Assembly (NCBI GenBank): GCA_963921275.4
Contig: OZ001293.3
Coordinates: 576,001-640,000, forward strand
DNA from: an uncultured Hormoscilla sp.
GTDB taxonomy: Bacteria; Cyanobacteriota; Cyanobacteriia; Cyanobacteriales; Desertifilaceae
DNA: 64,000 nucleotides
Direction of reading: 5' to 3'
The position numbers and the translations under genes are program-made. Below are positions 42,459 to 52,461 of the stretch, piece by piece. Position 1 is the first letter of the stretch. Every line of letters starts with the position of its first letter. The notes beneath the pieces are model-generated. The model saw only the letters and a list, made by a program, of their open reading frames with translations, was not told where the DNA came from and did not search any database.

Positions 42459-42656
42459 TATAGCGTTTCTCAAATTAATGTGGTACGGAATCATCGCCTA
42501 CTTGTCATTGCGAGGGGGGGAGTAAGGCGAGTAACTTATGCGAGGAGTGAGTTACCCCCCCCCGAAGCAATCTCCGACAGCATATCACACTAATATGAGA
42601 ACTGCTATAGCAGCTTTTATTTGTGAGAGATCGCCCGTTATCGCCGCTGCACGCGA

Positions 42657-43409
42657 TCACCCGATCGGGTGCCGCCCGTGCAGCCCGATCGCACCCCCCC
42701 ATCGCGCACTTGATCGCCCCTTTCCCCGATCGCCCCTTCCCCGATCGCCTTCCGGAACGCCCGCACTCACACCCGCTTCGCCCCTTTGCCCAAGCGCCCA
42801 TCTTCCAAGGGTTCGGGCTCTATCAGTTATATCTATACCTAGATTTGACAACCTTTGCAGTGATATACTTACTTCGTACCTAACCTGTTCTGAAGGGTCA
42901 TTTTTCATCTGCAAAAGCTCAGCTAATGCTTCCTGTGACAATTCTTCATCGCTCTCGTTTTGAACTATATGTTCTAATCCATGAGATACAAACGCTCTCG
43001 GACCTTCTTTTTCCAATGTCTTCATAGAACAGAGCGTTTCAAATGCCCGTCGATCCTGATAATATTCTCCTATAATTTCATAAATTACAAACCATGACAT
43101 CCAATCCTCGAATTTTTCATAAGAATCTTTTAATGCTGGAAGAAGTCGCTCTTTTTGTTCCTCAGACAGAAACTCCCAATTATACATCAATACCTGAACA
43201 AATAAGCATCGTGATTCTTCTAGTTCTAAAATCTCCCGTCGCTTTAATAAACTAAGAATCATTTGGAATATCTCTTCGGGAAAATTATCACAAAAAAAGA
43301 TTAGATTATCGTCCAGAGCCTTGCAAAACGCTTCAAACTGTGCAACACCACCAATACTAATAGCTTGGACAGCTTCTTGGAGAGCTTCTTCAATACTTTT
43401 TCTATCCAC
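42657..43409 (-). CDS. Putative immunity protein (helical-repeat), paralog of 51619-52323
   Basis: Highly similar to the gene after the main Rhs, and preceded by a copy of the toxin tail GVLILIPGPQPI (43590-43630). Its C-terminus is extended by repeats. Confidence 0.7.
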   Translation of the reverse strand: MDRKSIEEALQEAVQAISIGGVAQFEAFCKALDDNLIFFCDNFPEEIFQMILSLLKRREILELEESRCLFVQVLMYNWEFLSEEQKERLLPALKDSYEKFEDWMSWFVIYEIIGEYYQDRRAFETLCSMKTLEKEGPRAFVSHGLEHIVQNESDEELSQEALAELLQMKNDPSEQVRYEVSISLQRLSNLGIDITDRARTLGRWALGQRGEAGVSAGVPEGDRGRGDRGKGRSSARWGGAIGLHGRHPIG

Positions 43410-43638
43410 TATCCCTACTCCTTATTAATCAACCTTTCTGTCGGTACATTAATAAAACTAATTGAACAAACCGTTGCCAAGTCCGAAATATTGTAGCTAT
43501 TATATAGCATTTTTAATCTAGTGAGGTACGGAATAATTGGCTATCACTGGCAGTGCCAAGAATGTCGTACCTCACGAGGGTGAAACCGCTATATAGGCTG
43601 TGGTCCGGGTATTAGTATGAGAACTCCAAACTTGTTTA

Positions 43639-44502
43639 TCATTCCCCCCAATGAGATCTCTTGTGAGAGTAATGACGTCTATTTTGAAAAGAGACTATGG
43701 AAAGGTTTTTTAACTTTAATAAAGGAGAAAGATCTCCATCTACTATCTTTGTCGAACCAGTAAACAAAACCATCTCTAGCTTGTTTAATTTTTCCAGTAG
43801 TTTTAACGAATCAATGTCACGGTTATCACAAATCTGTAGCTTTTTAAGCTTGTCAAGATTGGCAATTTCATTTATAGATGTTAAGGACGAACAGTTCTTA
43901 ATTTCGCATTCTTCTAGAAGAGTTAAATCTTCTATCCCAGACAAAGATGGTAGTTTTGTTAGATAATAAAGACCGAGAATTTTTAGTTTACATAGTTGTT
44001 TCAAACCCTCAAGACTTTTAATTGGTGCAACAGATATCCGCAATGACTCTAATTCGGTTAAATTTGAAAACTTGGATGTGTCTTGTTTAGTATAGCGATA
44101 GATAAACAACCGTTTTAAGGTTTTTCGATTAAATATAGATTTTGCTTTTGCTCTCCAAGATAAAAAGCAGTCTTCTAAATGAGGAAATTGCTCGAAATTT
44201 ATTTCGGTTTTACAATATGTACTTACTTCTAAGCTTTGTAATGAATGAAGATAGTTGATTGGAGAAATATCATCTATATTCCAATCAATTATGGAGAAAC
44301 ACCTTAAATGCGACATAGTTTTAAGAAAAGATAAATCTTTTCCTTTCCATCCTCTAGCATAATTAAGGTGAAGCTCTTTTATATCACGATCTAGAATGAA
44401 TTGGGTAATCTCATCGCTCCATGAAGAAGTTACTACAACCTTAACACCATGCTTTCCTTTTTCAAGAATAAATTTCTGCTCCATTGTTATTTTATGCTCC
44501 AT
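43639..44502 (-). CDS. Leucine-rich-repeat protein, putative immunity protein
   Basis: LxxLxxLxL repeats; AT-rich; follows a toxin fragment. Confidence 0.75.
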   Translation of the reverse strand: MEHKITMEQKFILEKGKHGVKVVVTSSWSDEITQFILDRDIKELHLNYARGWKGKDLSFLKTMSHLRCFSIIDWNIDDISPINYLHSLQSLEVSTYCKTEINFEQFPHLEDCFLSWRAKAKSIFNRKTLKRLFIYRYTKQDTSKFSNLTELESLRISVAPIKSLEGLKQLCKLKILGLYYLTKLPSLSGIEDLTLLEECEIKNCSSLTSINEIANLDKLKKLQICDNRDIDSLKLLEKLNKLEMVLFTGSTKIVDGDLSPLLKLKNLSIVSFQNRRHYSHKRSHWGE

Positions 44503-44636
44503 TATTATTCACTGTGTGAGGGGCAAGAGTACCATTCAGGCTTAATATCCTGTAAGCCAGGACCTCTAAAGGCTTAAGCCTTTAGAGTAGGTCTTTTTTC
44601 AGGATAACTTTGCACTCTCCAGTTGTTTATCCAATG

Positions 44637-45275
44637 TTATTCATCCAATAAATGCCTTCTTTTTGGTCCAATCGGGTTTTTCTTATTCTCAAGATTTTGA
44701 ATCCCACCCAGTTCATCAATTATTCGTTGTTTGGCAATTTCTCGTTGGGTCTTACCGCCAACAACTTCTATTCTGTTAGCATTAGGTAACTCATCAGGAT
44801 CTAGTTTCCCTGTCTTTATATGTTGTTGCGAAAGATAAATCTTTTTCTTCCCATCCTTTAGCATGATTAATCTCGAGATCCTTTAGATCGCGATCTATAA
44901 TGAATTGTACAATCTCATCGCTCCATCGCCCAACAAGACCAATGAGATCGATCTCGGTAAACTGACCAATAGCATTGTAGCCAAAGTCCACCCGCTTATC
45001 CCTGACATTGTTGCCCGTCTGGGTGAGTTGGGTGAGGCGGTTCAAGGAGGAGAAGCTGTAGGCATTCGTGCCCCCTTTCGATGCCCTCGGGATGCTTCGC
45101 AAAAACCCCTCGGGCATCGCCACCCCATTGATAGTATCTGTCACCGACTTGACGTTGTCAACACCGTCGTAACTGTAGCTGAACCCACAAGGAACCACAT
45201 TGGGTGCCCCTGGAGTGCCAGTATTGTCTGCCGTCAGGACGCGATTCGCGGTTGTCATAGGTAAAGGCCAGGTGT
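44637..45275 (-). pseudogene. Mosaic of an Rhs core fragment, an LRR fragment and an orphan toxin tail
   Basis: Rhs (GNNVRDKRVDFGYNAIGQF) joins WSDEIVQFIIDRD..GWEEKDLSF (a copy of the LRR gene) and then ..RIIDELGGIQNLENKKNPIG. Confidence 0.7.
45077..45118. mobile_element. 42-nt hairpin micro-element with empty-site paralogs in the window
   Basis: TTCGATGCCCTCGGGATGCTTCGCAAAAACCCCTCGGGCATC inserted in ccccct|gccacccc. Empty sites are at about 48637, 51374 and 54070. Confidence 0.9.
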
Positions 45276-45402
45276 GGTCATAAGTAGTTGATAGCCGGGT
45301 GCATCTGGTGATACATGTATATAGCCCGCGCAGGCGGGCTTTGTTCATGTAGCCGGACCCTTTAGGGTGAGGGATCGAGCAAGCTCTGTATTGCGCATCG
45401 CT

Positions 45403-45888
45403 TCACCTATCATTTTTTTTCCAATAACTTTGAAGCGCTTCATCAGCGTCACCCAACGAGTACTCCTCATATTGCTCTTCCACACATTTTAAAAATGACG
45501 TAATCGCTTTTTTTTGTTCGCTTGTAAACTTAGCTACCCGCGATAGAAAATATTCTCTTAGCCTCGGTTCGCTGGGAGCTGATGCCGTCAAATTATAAAC
45601 CGTAAACATCAACACATTGCTATCTGGATTTTCCAGTCCATGAATCATATATGCTGGCAAAAAAAAGGGATAAGCTTCTGGACTTAAAAAAGACAAGGTG
45701 GAATAATTACTATTTATTATTTCCCTAGAAAGATCTTTCCAACTCTTCCAATGTTTTCCCTTAAAATCCTCAACTTCTGACTCCTCATAGCTTTGAGGAT
45801 GAAGAAGATGTTCGTCTCCTGGATATTTCACATTTTTAAATGCATCTTCTATTTCTTTTTTTACCTCTGTTGCTTTGACATTACCCAT
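45403..45888 (-). CDS. DUF6714-like immunity protein
   Basis: IEDAF..VKYPGD and FLSPEAYPFFLPAYMI; paralogs follow the Ntox16-like toxins. Confidence 0.7.
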   Translation of the reverse strand: MGNVKATEVKKEIEDAFKNVKYPGDEHLLHPQSYEESEVEDFKGKHWKSWKDLSREIINSNYSTLSFLSPEAYPFFLPAYMIHGLENPDSNVLMFTVYNLTASAPSEPRLREYFLSRVAKFTSEQKKAITSFLKCVEEQYEEYSLGDADEALQSYWKKNDR

Positions 45889-46076
45889 CTTCTTACTTTT
45901 AACTTAGGAACTTAACTTACTTTTATCCAGGGTTATTTTATTCTACCCGATCGCCGTCACCCGTTCCCAGGCAGCGCATCCCGCAGAGCCGCATCCCGAA
46001 GCACGAGCGCCTAAGCGAGTGCGGAGAGGAGAGCAGCCGTGGGAACGAGGGGTGCGGCTACAAGAACCAAGCAATG

Positions 46077-47000
46077 TCATTGCGATTTTTCGCGCAGCGT
46101 GCGCAGCGTGGCAACCTTCCTGCGCTCGCTATATTGAGAAGCTCTACGCCGACAATTTTCTGCTGCACGACGCGCTTTGTCTGCTGCTTCTCTGTGACCA
46201 TCATCTTCACCTCTAAAAGATTTTTTATTTATAGCATCTCTGACTGCTGCTAACGCCTCAAAAAAAGCCGCATTTACAAGAGCTATTTCTTTATCCATGC
46301 CCGGGTTAAACCCCCACCCCTCCATTTGTAATACATCTTCTATTTCTTTTTTCGCGTCTTCAAATGTTGCTTTTACATTACCCAGATCGTAGCCGAAATT
46401 CGTGCTGCCACCACCGGGGTCGAGCGTCTCGTCGAGCGTCTCGATTAGGCGATCGCGAGGATCAATGCAGCTCGAACCACGCTCTGTATTGTGCATCGCT
46501 TCACTTATCATTTTTTTCCAATAACTTTGAAGCGCTTTATCAGCGTCCTCTCTATCGTATTCATCGTACTCATCATCTTGCTCTTTCACGCATTCTAAAA
46601 ATGACGTAATCGCTTTTTTTTGTTCGCTTGTAAACTTAGACATCTGCGATAGAACATATTCTCTTTGCCCCGGATCGCTGGGATCTGGTACCGTCAAATT
46701 ATAAACCGTAGACGTCAACATATCGCTATCTGGATTTTCCAGTCCATGAATCATATAGGCTGGCAAAAAAAAGGGATAAGCTTCTGGACTTAAAAAACAC
46801 AAGGTGGAACGATTATAATCTATTGTTTCCTTAGGAAGCTCTTTCCAACTCTTCCAATGTTTTCCTTGAAAATCCTCAACTTCTGACTCCTCATAGCTTT
46901 GAGGATGAAGAAGATGTTCGTCTCCTGGATATTTCACATTTTCAAATGCATCTTCTATTTCTTTTTTAACTTCTTCAATTGTTGCTTTTACATTACTCAT
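46077..47000 (-). CDS. DUF6714-like immunity protein fused in frame to Rhs, immunity and toxin scraps
   Basis: Immunity to about 46510, then DPRDRLIE (Rhs core), GNVKATFEDAKKEIED (immunity N-terminus) and RDAINKKSFRGEDDGH (toxin). Confidence 0.75.
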   Translation of the reverse strand: MSNVKATIEEVKKEIEDAFENVKYPGDEHLLHPQSYEESEVEDFQGKHWKSWKELPKETIDYNRSTLCFLSPEAYPFFLPAYMIHGLENPDSDMLTSTVYNLTVPDPSDPGQREYVLSQMSKFTSEQKKAITSFLECVKEQDDEYDEYDREDADKALQSYWKKMISEAMHNTERGSSCIDPRDRLIETLDETLDPGGGSTNFGYDLGNVKATFEDAKKEIEDVLQMEGWGFNPGMDKEIALVNAAFFEALAAVRDAINKKSFRGEDDGHREAADKARRAAENCRRRASQYSERRKVATLRTLREKSQ

Positions 47001-47037
47001 ATTCTTACTTTTAACTTAGAAACTTTACTTACTTTTA

Positions 47038-49170
47038 TCAACAACATTGAGTAGCTATCTCCCGACATCTTTTTGCTGCATTACGCGCTTCGTTTGCCCT
47101 CTTTCTGTGACCACCATCTCCACCTCTAAAACATTTCTTATTTATAGCATCTCTGGTTGCTGCTTCGATATCATGTAAAATCGCATACATAAGAGCTGTT
47201 TCTTTATCGGTGACTCGTTTACACCCCTTGCCGTATGCATTAGCTTTAGCATCATTCACTGCCTGTTGTAGTTGATACCACTCCTGCTGCGTACAGTCCC
47301 CAGGTGGTTTTAATGTTACTGAGTCTGTTGCTGAGTCTGTTGGTGATTCAACATTTCCGTCTTCAAGTATTTCAGATAAAAGTAGCCCAGCTCCAATTCC
47401 CACAAGTATAACTAGCCCACCTATAATTATCGCACCGCCACCAATAAAGACAATCGGCGCAGCTGCTATGGTCGCCTCTCCTCTTGGATCGCTAGCATTT
47501 ATAGGCGAATTAAAAACATAACGATATAAATTAGGATCTCCGCCTCTAAACCCAATCGGATCGTTACTCAAGAACTTGCCCTGGATCCCATCGTAGTATC
47601 GCGCTCTATAGTAGTACAATCCTGTCTCCTCATCAAATTCCCGACCAGCGAACAAGTAGCACGTCTCAAAGTCTGCATCAGTCTCCGAGACTACATTACC
47701 AAAAGAATCGTAGGTTATATGGTTTATTACTGTACCGCTATTGTCCGCCAAATCGCGGATGGTTCCCAGGCGATCTGTCAGATGCCAGATCGCATCGCCA
47801 CCCACTTCTTCTTGAGCGAGAATTTGATCTACTTCCGGACCCTGTAGGTAACGGATGTCCAAAACTGGTTCATTGGCACCATCGGAATCGACAAACTCTA
47901 GATGCACATCAGACCCGTCATAAACAAAGTGAGTAACTAGGGCATTAACTGCATCTTGGGGGTTATTGTCTACCACCTTGGCAATACGCCGATCGAAAAC
48001 ATCATAGGTATACTCAACCCGCTGCGTCTCGTTACCCGCTGCATTCTTATCTATTACAGCAACCAACCGGTTACGATAATCCCACTCCAACTCCCGCACC
48101 ACACCCGTAGCAATCTCAGTCCGACGAATTAAATTCCCTTCATTATCATACTCATAGTTGAACGTACCGTCAGAAAGCAGCCTGTTGCCATCCCCCGTTT
48201 CATAACCTTCGCCGTGAATGCTGGAACTGACGCGGTTGCCATTGGCCTCGTAACTGTAGGACTCATCCGGGTTATTGGTATCACTGCGGTCAGATGCCGT
48301 CAACTGATCGCGGTTATCGTAGCTATAGTCAGTGACCCCGTCAATATCGGTAATCTGAGTAATGCGGCTACCAGCATCGTAGGCGAAGTTGTAGAATGCC
48401 ACATCTGCCGTACCGTTGTTGTGGGTTAAACTGGCCAGCCGGTTCATTTCGTTGTAGACATAGTCAGTGCCCGTCACCAACTGAGTCCCCGCCAGGTTAG
48501 CATAGCGATCGATCGCGGTAAACTGACCAATAGCATTATAGCCGAAGTCCACCCGCTTATCCCTAACATTGTTGCCCATCTGGGTGAGTTGGGTGAGACA
48601 GTTCAAGGAGGAGAAGCTGTAGGCATTCGTGCCCCCTGCCACCCCATTAATAGTATCTGTCACCGACTTGACATTGCCAACACTATCATAGCCGTAGCTG
48701 AGAACCACATTAGGTGCTCCTGGAGTGCTAGTATTATCTGACGTCAGGACCCGATCTCGGTTGTCATAGGTAAAGGCCAGGGCACTAAACCGGTCTTTCG
48801 CTGCTAGCAGATTGCTAGCTTTATCGTAACTGTAGTCGATCGCCTGCTCAGTTTCCACCCAAGTTTCCCCTATCAAGCGATCGATCTCATCATACTCGAA
48901 CTCAGTCCTGCGGCCATTCCCGTCCGTTCGGGCAATTAGGTTATCCACCGCATCATACTCATACTGAACGGTATTGCCCAGGGGGTCCGTCTCGCTAATC
49001 AAGCGATTCCGGTAATCGTAGACAAACGTCGTCTCGTTGTCAACCGGGTCCGTGACTGAGTTCAGGTTGTCATCCAGATCGTAGCCGAACTTAGTGCTGC
49101 CACCACCGGGGTCCAGCGTCTCTATTAGGCGATCGCGAGGATCGTAGATGTTCGTCGTCTCATTCCCCAG
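47038..49170 (-). CDS. Orphan Rhs core with an Ntox16-like C-terminal toxin
   Basis: YD repeats, GLYYYRARYYD and DPRG, a hydrophobic helix, then PGDCT...RDAINKKCFRGGDGGH. Confidence 0.85.
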   Translation of the reverse strand: MGNETTNIYDPRDRLIETLDPGGGSTKFGYDLDDNLNSVTDPVDNETTFVYDYRNRLISETDPLGNTVQYEYDAVDNLIARTDGNGRRTEFEYDEIDRLIGETWVETEQAIDYSYDKASNLLAAKDRFSALAFTYDNRDRVLTSDNTSTPGAPNVVLSYGYDSVGNVKSVTDTINGVAGGTNAYSFSSLNCLTQLTQMGNNVRDKRVDFGYNAIGQFTAIDRYANLAGTQLVTGTDYVYNEMNRLASLTHNNGTADVAFYNFAYDAGSRITQITDIDGVTDYSYDNRDQLTASDRSDTNNPDESYSYEANGNRVSSSIHGEGYETGDGNRLLSDGTFNYEYDNEGNLIRRTEIATGVVRELEWDYRNRLVAVIDKNAAGNETQRVEYTYDVFDRRIAKVVDNNPQDAVNALVTHFVYDGSDVHLEFVDSDGANEPVLDIRYLQGPEVDQILAQEEVGGDAIWHLTDRLGTIRDLADNSGTVINHITYDSFGNVVSETDADFETCYLFAGREFDEETGLYYYRARYYDGIQGKFLSNDPIGFRGGDPNLYRYVFNSPINASDPRGEATIAAAPIVFIGGGAIIIGGLVILVGIGAGLLLSEILEDGNVESPTDSATDSVTLKPPGDCTQQEWYQLQQAVNDAKANAYGKGCKRVTDKETALMYAILHDIEAATRDAINKKCFRGGDGGHRKRANEARNAAKRCREIATQCC

Positions 49171-49230
49171 GAGGTCTACTGATTGATGTCAGAGCAATGC
49201 AGCGAGAACCACGCTCTGTATTGCGCCGCT

Positions 49231-49725
49231 TCACCTATCATTTTTTTTCCAATAACTTTGAAGCGCTTCATCAGCGTCATTCAACACGTACTTCTTATAT
49301 TGCTCTTTCACGCATTCTAAAAATGACGTAATCGCTTTTTTTTGTTCGCTTGTCAACTTAGCTATCTGCAATAGAAAATGTTCTTCTAGCTCCGGATCGC
49401 TGGGATATGATGCCGTCAAATTAAAAACCGTATACATCAACACATTGCTATCTGGATCTTCCAGTCCATAAATCATATATGCTGGCAAAAAAAAGGGATA
49501 AGCTTCTGGGCTGAAAAAAGGCAAGCTGCAATAATTATGAGCTATTATTTCCCCAGGAATATCTTTCCAACTCTTCCAATATTTTCCTTAAAAATCCTCA
49601 AAATCTGCATCTACATATTCTTGAGGATGAAGAATATCATCGTCATCTTCTGGATATTTCACATTTTCAAATGCATCTTCTTTTTTTTTTTTAACGTCTT
49701 CAATTGTTGCTTTTACATTACTCAT
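49231..49725 (-). pseudogene. DUF6714-like immunity protein with an in-frame TAA
   Basis: MSNVKATIEDV...EDF*GKYWKSW, where the paralogs have Q or K at the stop. Confidence 0.75.
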
Positions 49726-49762
49726 ATTCTTACTTTTAACTTAGAAACTTTACTTACTTTTA

Positions 49763-51517
49763 TCAACAACATCGATCAGCTATCTTTTGACAATTTTTTG
49801 CTGCATTACGCGCTTGCTCTAATGCCTTTCTGTGATTCTCATTTCCACCTCTAAAACATTTTTTATTTATAGCCTCTCTGGCTGCTGCTAGCGCCTCATG
49901 TAAAGCCGCATATGCAAGAGCTGTTTCTTTATCCATGCTCTATATACACCCCTTGCCGTGTGCATTACATTTAGCAGCTTTCACTGCCTGTTGTAGTTCA
50001 CGATGCTCCTGCTTTGTACAGTCTCCAGGTGGTTTTAAATTTTCTACTGAGTCTGTTGCTGAGTCTGTTGGTGATTCAACACTTCCGTCTTCAACTATTT
50101 CAGATAAAAGTAGCCCAGCTCCAATTCCCACCAATATAATTAGCCCACCTATAATTATCGCACCGCCACCAATAAAGACAATCGGCGCAGCTGCTACGGC
50201 CGCCTCTCCTCTTGGATCCCTAGCATTTATAGGCGAATTAAAAACATAACGATATAAATTAGGATCTCCGCCTCTAAACCCAATCGGATCGTTACTCAAG
50301 AACTTGCCCTGGGTCCCATCGTAGTATCTTGCCCGGTAGTAGTACAACCCTGTCTCACTATCGAACTCTCGTCCCGTAAACTGATAGCGCGTATCAAAGT
50401 CTGTATCAGTCTCGGAGACTACATTACCAAAAGAATCGTAGGTTATATGGTTTACCACTGTACCGCTACTGTCCACCAAATCCCGGACTGTACCCAGATG
50501 ATCTGTCAAATGCCACAAGACATTACTGGCCGCATCTTCTTGAGCAAGGACCCGATCGACACCAGGACCCTGGAGGTAACGGACATCCAAAACTGGTTCA
50601 TTGGTACCCGCTGCACCATCGGAATCGACAAACTCTAGATGCACATCAGACCCGTCATAAACAAAGTGAGTAACTAGGGCATTAACTGCATCTTGGGGGT
50701 TATTGTCTACCACCTTGGCAATACGCCGATCGAAAACATCATAGGTATACTCAACCCGCTGCGTCTCGTTACCCGCTGCATTCTTATCTATTACAGCAAC
50801 CAACCGGTTACGATAATCCCACTCCAACTCCCGCACCACACCCGTAGCGATCGCCGTCCGACGGATTAAATTCCCTTCATTATCGTATTCATAGTTGAAC
50901 GTACCGTCAGAAAGCAGCCTGTTGCCATCGCCAGTTTCGTAACCTTCGCCGTGAATGCTAGAACTGACGCGGTTGCCATTGGCCTCGTAACTGTAGGACT
51001 CATCCGGGTTATTGGTATCACTGCGGTCAGATGCCGTCAACTGATCGCGGTTATCGTAGCTATAGTCAGTGACCCCGTCAATATCGGTAATCTGAGTAAT
51101 GCGGCTACCAGCATCGTAGGCGAAGTTGTAGAATGCCACATCTGCCGTACCGTTGTTGTGGGTTAAACTGGCCAGCCGGTTCATTTCGTCGTAGCCATAG
51201 TCAGTGCCTGTCACCAACTGAGTCCCCGCCAGGTTAGCATAGCGATCGATCGCAGTAAACTGACCAATAGCATTGTAGCCAAAGTCCACCCGCTTATCGC
51301 TAACATTGTTGCCCGTCTGGGTGAGTTGGGTGAGACGGTTCAAAGCATCGTAGCTGTAGGCATTCGCGCCCCCTGCCACCCCACTGATAGTATCTGTCAC
51401 CGACTTGACATTGCCAACACTATCATAGCCGTAGCTGAGAACCACATTAGGTGCTCCTGGAGTGCCAGTATTGTCTGACGTCAGGACCCGATCGCGGTTG
51501 TCATAGGTAAATGCCAG
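49763..51517 (-). pseudogene. Orphan Rhs core with an Ntox16-like toxin and a premature TAG at 49940
   Basis: The frame continues past the stop as SMDKETALAYAALHEALAAAREAINKKCFRGGNENH...CC. Confidence 0.8.
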
Positions 51518-51618
51518 GTGTGGTCATAAGTAGTTGATAGCCGGGTGCATCTGGTGATACATGTATATAGCCCGCGCCGGAAGGTTGCCACGCTGCGCTC
51601 GCAATGACATTGCTTTGT

Positions 51619-52323
51619 TCATGTAGCCGGATCCTTTAGGGTTCGGGCTCTATCAGTTATATCTATACCTAGATTTGACAACCTTTTTGACAACCTTTGC
51701 AGTGATATACTTACTTCGTACCTAACCCGTTCTGAAGGATCATTTTTCATCTGCAAAAGTTCAGCTAATGCTTCCCGTGACAATTCTTCATCGCTCTCGT
51801 TTTGAACTATATGTTCTAATCCATGAGGTACAAACGCTCTCGGACCTTCTTTTGACAATGTCTTCAGAGAACAGAGCGTTTCAAATGCCCATCTATCCTG
51901 ATAAAATTCTCCTATAATTTCAGAAATTACAAACCATGACATCCAATCCTCGAATCTTTCATAAGAATCTTTTAATGCTAGAAGAAGTCGCTCTTTTTGT
52001 TCCTCAGACAGAAGCTCCCAATTAATTTCCAATACACTAACAAATAAACAATGTGATTCTTCTAGTTCTAAAATCTCCCGTCGCTTTAATAAACTAAGAA
52101 TCATTTGGAATATCTCTTCGGGAAAATTATTACAAAAGGTTAGATTGTAGTCCAGAGCCTCGCAAAACTCCTCAAACTGTGCAACACCACCAATACTAAT
52201 GGCTTGACATAGGGCTTCTTCAATACTTTCTTTATCCACACTAACGGCTTGGACAGCTTCTTGGAGAGCTTCTTCAATACTTTTTCTATCCACTATCCCT
52301 ACTCCTTGTTTCTGTCGGTCCAT
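51619..52323 (-). CDS. Putative immunity protein for the main Rhs toxin
   Basis: Immediately downstream of the Rhs C-terminus; AT-rich and helical. Confidence 0.7.
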   Translation of the reverse strand: MDRQKQGVGIVDRKSIEEALQEAVQAVSVDKESIEEALCQAISIGGVAQFEEFCEALDYNLTFCNNFPEEIFQMILSLLKRREILELEESHCLFVSVLEINWELLSEEQKERLLLALKDSYERFEDWMSWFVISEIIGEFYQDRWAFETLCSLKTLSKEGPRAFVPHGLEHIVQNESDEELSREALAELLQMKNDPSERVRYEVSISLQRLSKRLSNLGIDITDRARTLKDPAT

Positions 52324-52461
52324 TAATAAAACTAATTGAACAAACCGTTGCCACGTCCGAAATATTGTAGCTATTATATAATGTTTTAATCTAGTGAGGT
52401 ACAGAATAATTGGCTATCACTGGCAGTGCCAAGAATGTCGTACCTCACGAGGGTGAAACCG

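Noticed and set aside
49681..49692. Phase-variable poly-T tract in the immunity gene
   Set aside because: The tract is in frame; the gene is broken by a separate nonsense codon.
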